From Leucoraja erinacea (taxonomy: Eukaryota), in assembly GCF_028641065.1 (NCBI RefSeq), contig NW_026575289.1:1-56160 (forward strand): DNA of 56,160 nucleotides, read 5' to 3'. Shown here piece by piece: positions 47,501 to 56,160 of the stretch. Position 1 is the stretch's first letter; every line of letters starts with the position of its first letter. The notes below the pieces were generated by a model, which searched no databases, had not been told where the DNA came from, and was given only the letters and a program-made list of their open reading frames with translations. A program made the position numbers and the translations under genes.

Positions 47501-48164
47501 CTCAGGTTCCGGGGATTCACCCCGCGGTGGCGGGGCCGAGGAGAGCATGGGGGGCGTGGCCCGTCTCGCCGCAGCTCCTGAGCATAGGAAGGGGTGGGGG
47601 CGAAGGGACCCACCCGGAAGAGTTGGTGTACCAGGTGACCTCCTTCGTTCCTCCTACCGAGACGGTGAGCCAAGCCAGTTCTCCGTGCTGCAGCAGGTGG
47701 ACAGTGCTCCCGATCGTTGGGGAGGAGATTGTCCGTTGACAGTTGACAGTTGACAGTTGGTGAGCACCAGGCTGAAGGCTGAAGGCCCCAGAGATGTCCC
47801 TGAGCAAGGTGTTCCCGACGCTCAAGGCTTTCGAGGAGATTCCCACCTCCTGGCCCACCCAGTTTAGACTTCACCAGTCGACCGCTACGTTTGCCACGGC
47901 GACGGCGACGGCGACGCTTCCTCGGGCACTCGGTACATCTCTGAGACCGGAATGGTCTCCAGGTGAGTTTGGATTCCCAAGAGGAACGGGGGCAGTGTTG
48001 TATGTCCGCGGTAAACAAAGGCACCGACATTACGCTGAATGTCCATTAGAGATGTACGGTCGCAGACCAGCAGAGACTTTAGTTGTATAACACCAATAGA
48101 ATACACAAAAAACAGAGAGAGCAACAGACGGGCAGCCATAGACATCGGCGCCATCTTGGAATCA
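44591..48164 (-). mobile_element. L2 LINE, disrupted mirror copy
   Basis: About 160 bp deleted near 46905, a ~17-bp duplication near 46929-46962 and a 2-bp deletion near 46515 split the ORF into three frames. Confidence 0.93.
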
Positions 48165-48746
48165 GCAGCGCCCTGACCTGCCCGAGATACGCAGAGAGTG
48201 AGAGGCGGGGAGAGGAGGAGACATAGTGACAGACAGTTTCCTCTCATATTCCAGCTCCACGCCCCAGATTCCTGAAAACATTTTTCAAACGGTTTGCCCA
48301 CAAACGACCTGAAACTTAGCGCTCCGCCAAACTTTCAGACAGACATTCCGTGGTAAAAGTCAGTCAGCGATATTACCGCTGTCAAATTAATTTGTCTCCT
48401 TCCGTTTCATCCTCGGAGCCCGTTCCCTCTGCCGATATCGCCCACCCCACAGCGTTCAGCAGCTTTTAACACGGATGATTTGGCAATATTACTGAGTTGA
48501 TGCATGGGCTCTGAGGCGGGGATTTTGTCAGTGTTATTGTCTCACTGACAAGGAAACGGCTTTGAACTCAGCTTGAAACCAAACGTATGCCCAGTCCGAG
48601 TGAGGTTTAGCCCGGTCATACCATTTAATTGTATTCCATATACTGGATACCGGGGGGAGGGGTGGGGGGTGCAGCGAATGTCAGCGAGTTACAAGGAACC
48701 CCCGTATTTAAACGAGTCTCCACTGGGATTGAGCTTGTCTTGGGAC
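48165..48746 (-). repeat. Orphan H1-H4 intergenic duplicate (mirror copy)
   Basis: Reverse complement of 22048-22630. Confidence 0.9.
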
Positions 48747-48913
48747 CAAAGATACTAGTGCCAAAGATAACAGGACCCCAAGATCTGTGTGAACCTCAGG
48801 CCTTTGTCATCTCTTGGTTTTTGGAGTTGATTTATTATTGTCAAATGTAGCAATGTACAGTGACAACGTTTATTTTGCATGTAATGCAGGGAAATCGTTC
48901 ACTCATTCGATAT

Positions 48914-49676
48914 GACTATTATCTAAATGGTGGCCGATTGGGAAAGGGGGAGATGCAGCGAGACCTGGGTGTCATGGTACACCAGTCATTGAAGGTAGGC
49001 ATGCAGGTGCAGCAGGCAGTAAAGAAAGCGAATGGTATGTTAGCTTTCATTGCAAAAGGATTTGAGTATAGGAGCAGGGAGGTTCTACTGCAGTTGTACA
49101 GGGTCTTGGTGAGACCACACCTGGAGTATTGCGTACAGTTTTGGTCTCCAAATCTGAGGAAGGACATTATTGCCATAGAGGGTGTGCAGAGACGGTTCAC
49201 CAGACTGATTCCTGGGATGTCAGGACTGTCTTATGAAGAAAGACTGGAGAGACTTGGTTTATACTCTCTAGAATTTAGGAGATTGAGAGGGGATCTTATA
49301 GAAACTTACAAAATTCTTAAGGGGTTGGACAGGCTAGATGCAGGAAGATTGTTCCCGATGTTAGGGAAGTCCAGGACAAGGGGTCATAGCTTAAGGATAA
49401 GGGGGAAATCCTTTAAAACCGAGATAAGAACTTTTTTCACACAGAGAGTGGTGAATCTCTGGAACTCTCTGCCACAGAGGGTAGTTGAGGCCAGTTCATT
49501 GGCTATATTTAAGAGGGAGTTAGATGTGGCCCTTGTGGCTAAGGGGATCAGGGGGTATGGAGAGAAGGCAGGTACGGGATACTGAGTTGGATGATCAGCC
49601 ATGATCGTATTGAATGGGGGTGCAGGCTCGAAGCGCCGAATGGCCTACTCCTGCACCTAATTTCTATGTTTCTATG
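48914..49676 (+). mobile_element. 5'-truncated CR1 LINE
   Basis: Mirror of 21116-21880. Confidence 0.95.
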
Positions 49677-50236
49677 ATTCCAGGGATCAGAGACTCTGAG
49701 GGGCGGCGGAGTCAGCGAGTTTAACAGTTACTGAGCTGGAAAACTACACGTAACCCACGAGAACCCACAACACAGGTCGATCGTCGAGGTAATTCCATCC
49801 TGGGAACTGTGCAACGGGCCACCTGTCTGAGCTGTGAATGTGTAGATGTGAACATTGTGTCAGAGAGTGTGTTGAAGGGGCGGGCGGCTCAGGCTGATGT
49901 CAATGTGTTTGTGGGTCCGAACACTTTGCCGGATTTCCCAGCCCCTCTGGTGAAAAATATAAAGCTATCAGTGGCACGCGCTCGCCCCACTTCCCAGCTC
50001 AGTCCTGAAGTTGGAATTAACCAGAAAGTTTACGTTGGTTTCGATATTTCTGACGATAAGCAGCGAGGATGTCAGCGATCGGGGCAGTGCAGCAGTGAAA
50101 CCGGGCGAAATGGAAAGCGCTGCCTTTAATTCCTATCAAATCTACTGGACAATAAACATTCCGGTCTCAGAGATGTACCGAGGCCAGTTTAGGTCTCCGA
50201 GGTATCTGATTTTAATTGGAATCGGAGAGTTTTTGA

Positions 50237-51441
50237 GGATGTGGTGTATCTGGACTTCCAGAAGGCTTTCGACAAGGTCCCACATAAGAGATTAGTATAC
50301 AAACTTAAAGCACAAGGCATTGGGGGTTCAGTATTGATGTGGATAGAGAACTGGCTGGCAAACAGGAAGCAAAGAGTAGGAGTAAACGGGTCCTTTTCAC
50401 AATGGCAGGCAGTGACTAGTGGGGTACCCCAAGGCTCAGTACTGGGACCCCAGCTATTTACAATATATATTAATGATCTGGATGAGGGAATTGAAGGCAA
50501 TATCTCCAAGTTTGCGGATGACACTAAGCTGGGGGGCAGTGTTAGCTGTGAGGAGGATGCTCGGAGACTGCAGGGTGACTTGGATAGGCTGGGTGAGTGG
50601 GCAAATGTTTGGCAGATGCAATATAATGTGGATAAATGTGAGGTTATCCATTTTAGTGGCAAAAACAGGAAAGCAGACTATTATCTAAATGGTGGCCGAT
50701 TGGGAAAGGGGGAGATGCAGCGAGACCTGGGTGTCATGGTACACCAGTCATTCAAGGTAGGAATGCAGGTGCAGCAGGCAGTAAAGAAAGCGAATGGTAT
50801 GTTAGCTTTCATTGCAAAGGGATTTTAGTATAGGAGCAGAGAGGTTCTACTGCAGTTGTACAGGGTCTTGGTGAGACCACACCTGGAGTATTGCGTACAG
50901 TTTTGGTCTCCAAATCTGAGGAAGGACATTATTGCCATAGAGGGAGTGCAGAGACGGTTCACCAGACTGATTCCTGGGATGTCAGGACTGTCTTATGAAG
51001 AAAGACTGGATAGACTTGGTTTATACTCTCTAGAATTTAGAAGATTGAGAGGGGATCTTATAGAAACGTACAAAATTCTTAAGGGGTTGGACAGGCTAGA
51101 TGCAGGAAGATTGTTCCCGATGTTAGGGAATTCCAGGACAAGGGGTCACAGCTTAAGGATAAAGGGGAAATCCTTTAAAACCGAGATGAGAAGAACTTTT
51201 TTCACACAGAGAGTGGCGAATCTCTGGAATTCTCTGCCACAGAGGGTAGTTGAGGCCAGTTCATTGGCTATATTTAAGAGGGAGTTAGATGTGGCCCTTG
51301 TGGCTAAGAGGATCAGGGGGTATGGAGAGAAGGCAGGTACGGGATACTGAGTTGGATGATCAGCCATGATCATATTGAATGGCGGTGCAGGCTCGAAGGG
51401 CCGAATGGCCTACTCCTGCACCTAATTTCTATGTTTCTATG
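50237..51441 (+). mobile_element. 5'-truncated CR1 LINE in the H1 promoter (empty DIRS site)
   Basis: Continuous through CTGGAATTCTCTGCC (~51224-51238), where the left arm has the DIRS. Confidence 0.95.
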
Positions 51442-51447
51442 ACAGAG

Positions 51448-51519
51448 AAACACAGCGAGGCGAAGGGGCCGTGATCTGAGCGCAGGATGTCTCCGCCCCG
51501 TCCGCTCGCTGCCTTTAAG
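51448..51519 (+). promoter_or_regulatory. H1 promoter: AC box, GC box, TATA-like element
   Basis: AAACACA (51448-51454), CCGCCCC, CTTTAAG. Confidence 0.75.
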
Positions 51520-51597
51520 TTGCGCTGTGCCACCGCCTCTCGCTTCATTTCTCACTCAATCCTGAGTGTCAGAGAGAGTTTGTGCGGAGTCACCGAC

Positions 51598-52239
51598 ATG
51601 ACCGAGACCGCAGCCGCTGAAGCGGCTCCTCAATCCGTCCTCTCCGCCCAAACGAAGGCTCCCAAGAAGAAGAAGGCGCCCGCCCGGAAGAAGGCAGCCG
51701 GTCCGAAGCTGGGCGACCAGATCGACAACATTGTGGCGGATTGCCACGATCGCCGAGGGATGTCTTTCTATGCGATAAAGAAGGGACTGGCCGCCAAGGG
51801 TGTGGATGTGGAGAAGTGCCGCCACCTGATCAAGACGGGCATCAAGAGGAAATTAGCAAACGGTTCCCTGGTTCAGCTCAAGGGCGTGGGCGCCTCGGGT
51901 TCTTTCAAGACCGGTCAGGGAGAAGGCGCCGTGAAGTCGGAAAAGAAAGCGGTTCCTGCAGCCAAAACATCCAAGAACAAGAAATCAACGTCCAGGAAAA
52001 CCCCGACCAAGAAATTACTGGCAAAAAAATCTACCACCAAAAGATCATCGATCAAGAAATCTCTCACCAAGAAAGTTGTGGCCAAGAAACCAGCGCTTAA
52101 ACAAATGGCGGCGAAGAAATCATCGCCCAAGAAGGCGGCGCCGAAAAAACAAAAAAAGGCGAAGGCGACCAAGAAGCCGGTAAAAGGCCAGGCGAAGACC
52201 AAAGCGGCGAAACCCAAGAGGGCAATGACCAAAAAGTGA
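51598..52239 (+). CDS. H1: Histone H1, intact (213 aa)
   Basis: MTETAAAEAAP..., winged-helix domain ending KGVGASGSFK, Lys-rich tail with TPTK/SPKK motifs. Confidence 0.93.
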   Translation: MTETAAAEAAPQSVLSAQTKAPKKKKAPARKKAAGPKLGDQIDNIVADCHDRRGMSFYAIKKGLAAKGVDVEKCRHLIKTGIKRKLANGSLVQLKGVGASGSFKTGQGEGAVKSEKKAVPAAKTSKNKKSTSRKTPTKKLLAKKSTTKRSSIKKSLTKKVVAKKPALKQMAAKKSSPKKAAPKKQKKAKATKKPVKGQAKTKAAKPKRAMTKK

Positions 52240-52275
52240 ATTATAAAGCGCACATTGTAAACACTTGAACCCAAC

Positions 52276-52291
52276 GGCTCTTCTCAGAGCC
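52276..52291 (+). promoter_or_regulatory. Histone 3' stem-loop (H1)
   Basis: GGCTCTTCTCAGAGCC; the HDE reads AAATAGCTG. Confidence 0.92.
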
Positions 52292-52971
52292 ACCCACATC
52301 TCTCAGGAAATAGCTGATCCAGACTCAAGCGATCCCTGTCCCAAGACAAGCTCAGTCCCAGTGGGGACTCGTTTAAATACCGGGGGTTCCTTGTAACTCG
52401 CTGACATTCACTGCACCCCTCCACCCCTCCCCCCGGTATCCAGTATATGGAATACAACTAAATGGTATGACCGGGCTAAACCTCACTCGGACTGGGCATA
52501 CGTTTGGCTTCAAGCTGAGTTCAGTGAGACAATAACACTGACAAAATCCCCGCCTCAGAGCCCATGCATCAACTCAGTAATATTCCCAAATCATCCGTGT
52601 TAAAAGCTGCTGAACGCTGTGGAGTGGGCGATATCGGCAGAGGGAACGGGCTCCGAGGATGAACAGGAAAGAGACAAATTAATTTGACAGCGATAATCAC
52701 TATCACTAACTGACCTTTATCACGGAATGTCTGTCGGAAAGTTTGGCCGGAGCGCTAAATTTCGGGTCGTTTGTGGGCAAACCGTTTGAAAAATGGTTTC
52801 AGGAATCTGGAGCGTGGAGCTGGAATATGAGAGGAAGCTGTCTGTCACTTTGTCTCCTCCTCTCCCCGCCTCTCACTCTCTGCGTATCTCGGGCAGGTCG
52901 GGGCGCTGCGTATAAAAACAGATAGCACCAGTTAGATTATCACTGAGCAGCGACTCCAGTGAAGCAGCATC

Positions 52972-53322
<351 letters not shown>

Positions 53323-54063
53323 GCCCACAGCCTCGCAGAAAGAGCAGAGTCTAGGGAATTAGAGTAGATGCAGATTGGAATGTGTTTTATTAAACTAGTT
53401 ATTCCACCACTGAACATAACCGTTTTTAGGTTGATCACCGCGGAATGCAAAGCCGACAGTAAAAGATCATACACAATGGCGATGTCAGTTTCCCTTTTAC
53501 CGATATACCTCATGATTAATGCAGCAACAGGAGGGTCGACTCCAAACCTTTCCCCGGGTAACAGTCACTTTTTTTCCAGTCACGAGCAGAGTTAATTCCG
53601 TCTGCACCGGGATCCGGTCAGTAAATCCGCGCCGCACATTCAGTCATCATTTAAGCGAGGAGTTAAAGTAGATTTGATGTTAAGTTGACAGAAACTGAAT
53701 TCATTCAGAATAATATACATCCCTCAGTTCTCGGCTGAAATGAAATTGGCGGGCAATTTGAAATTCAACCCGCAACTAATGATACTGCAGTCCGTGCTGT
53801 CTGTTTGGCCGAGCTTCCCCCACCCCACACGCCGGTCACAAATCTCTGTATTTCCCCCCTCCCCCCTGCCTCAGACCTTCTGAAACAGCCGCCTGGTGCT
53901 GACAAACCTGCAGCCACTCGCAAGAATTGGACACCATGAGTGACATCTCTGCTCCATCCATTCAGAGACTGTGGGCCGGCCCTTCACCAACGCTACAAAA
54001 GCGGGTCCCAGAGCCGGCTCCGTCATTCAGTCCCTGTATTTCACATTGTGCTGCCACTGTTGA

Positions 54064-54483
<420 letters not shown>

Positions 54484-54509
54484 ACTCCACATCTCCACCA
54501 ACAACAAAC

Positions 54510-54525
54510 GGCTCTTTTAAGAGCC
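54510..54525 (+). promoter_or_regulatory. Histone 3' stem-loop (H3)
   Basis: GGCTCTTTTAAGAGCC; HDE AAAGAGCTG. Confidence 0.93.
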
Positions 54526-54886
54526 ACTAATCCGGCAGAAGAAAGAGCTGTGGCTTTCTAATGTCCTTTTACATCAATGTTCTCTTCTTTCTGCGGGCTT
54601 TTTATCTGAATTGATGCCGCAGAGACTGCTGCTGAGTGGAGTCTGACTTCATTGATTCAAGTGTAACTGGTTTCGATGTAAATGCCAACGCGGCTCGTAT
54701 ATACGGCCGTATATACAAAGCTGTTCGCTCTGCGCCCCCTTTTCTCACGCGCTCCGGTTTCAAGGACAACAAACGCGCGCACCTCAGTCGCTGATCAGTC
54801 CTTCCACAGACACTGAGTTACACCATCTCCATAATGATGAGACCGGTTGGAGGGACAAAGGCGGCGGCCAGATACTCCAACTCCAA

Positions 54887-55093
54887 GCACACGGTATTGG
54901 GGGTTCAGTATTGATGTGGATAGAGAACTGGCTGGCATACAGGATAAAAAGAGTATGAGTAAACGGGTCCTTTTCACTATGGCAGGCGGTGACTAGTGGG
55001 GTACCGCAAGGCACAGTGCTGGGACCCCTGCTATTTACAATATATATTAATGATTTGGACGAGGGAATTAAATGCAACATCTCGAAATTTGCG
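54887..55093 (+). mobile_element. Internal CR1 RT fragment (mirror copy)
   Basis: Mirror of 10991-11199. Confidence 0.88.
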
Positions 55094-55317
55094 AGTATCT
55101 GACGGCTGAAATCCTCGAGCTGGCCGGGAACGCGGCCCGAGACATCAAGAAGAGCCGCATCATCCCCAGACACCTGCAACTGGCCGTCCGCAACGACGAG
55201 GAGCTCAACAAGCTGCTGGGAGGGGTGACCATCGCTCAAGGCGGGGTGCTGCCCAATATCCAGGCCGTGCTGTTGCCCAAGAAAACCAGCGCAGCCTCTG
55301 GCACCAAGAGCAAGTAG
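55092..55317 (+). pseudogene. H2A: 5'-truncated H2A fused to a CR1 fragment
   Basis: [12 protein letters not shown]...GTKSK; stem-loop at 55348-55363. Confidence 0.92.
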
Positions 55318-56021
55318 ATCAGCGAAACCTCAATCTAACGACCCAAAGGCTCTTTTCAGAGCCACCTACAGTGTCTATCAAAGGGCTGAGCACCGGCTGG
55401 GTATTTCCGTTCAGAGGACCGCTTCGTATGTCTTGTGTGGACGCGCCTCCACTCGCGCGTCTTGTTATAAACCACCCGGGCTAACTCTCACTCCCCGTTA
55501 CGTCCTCATGAATAAAACCATCATCTACAGCAAACAACGATCCACTACTGTCCGGGTTCCAGAATCACAGATGTATAGATATGTGTTTATTGTTTGATAT
55601 TCTGTTTAGAGCCTTATTATACTCCTGTTCCGATGTCAGTACTTATGTGATTCAGAACAGTTAAATAAATGAGGACAGAAGTTAATAAACCGCAATACCT
55701 TCAGCAAATAAAACAGCAACAATAGCACTAATCGGCTCCCCGTGGGCACAACTTATGATGACTGGCACAAACTGATTCGAAGGGGATGAAGTTTCATGTC
55801 TGGTTGATGGCCGGGAATGTAACTGAGACACCAGGAATGTCCGGGGTACTGAAACCACATTGAATCAGTAAACAGCATCTGAAATAACTAAGATAACATT
55901 CAGAATGTATTCTGCTGTAATTCAATATCGAAATATTACTGCAGCACTTTTAAGTGAAAATGTGAGTTGCTCTTAAAAGAGCCTTTGGGTTTTCGGTGTT
56001 TCGTCAGCATTGAGTGGATGT

Positions 56022-56160
<139 letters not shown>

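Noticed and set aside
51487-51597. 37-aa N-terminal extension of H1 (250-aa ORF)
   Set aside because: That ATG lies upstream of the GC box and TATA-like element; MTETA at 51598 is the typical H1 start.

Overview
This is vertebrate genomic DNA, most likely from a cartilaginous fish (skate, ray or shark), judging from the HE1/V-SINE, the CR1 LINEs with (TTTCTATG)n tails and the shark-type H1. It holds a decaying replication-dependent histone gene cluster (H2B, H2A, H3, H4, H1, all with 3' stem-loops) arranged as one giant inverted repeat. The left arm is 9926-33617, the spacer is about 33618-38314, and the right arm runs from 38315 past the window end. The arms are near-identical but differ by two clean insertions in the left arm: a 4.7-kb DIRS element and a 1.08-kb hAT element. 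They also carry different lesions. On the left, H1 and H2A are frameshifted, H3 is canonical and the L2 EN-RT ORF is open. On the right, H1 and H2A are intact, H3 has a duplicated K27 codon and the L2 is broken. H4 is dead in both arms. Retroelements have hit histone control regions: an L2 sits in an H4 TATA box, a CR1 sits in the H1 AC-box element, and a CR1 fragment is fused to H2A. Positions 1 to about 8300 look like error-rich, unpolished sequence of a CR1 containing a short-LTR Gypsy element. All calls were made by eye; no database search was possible.
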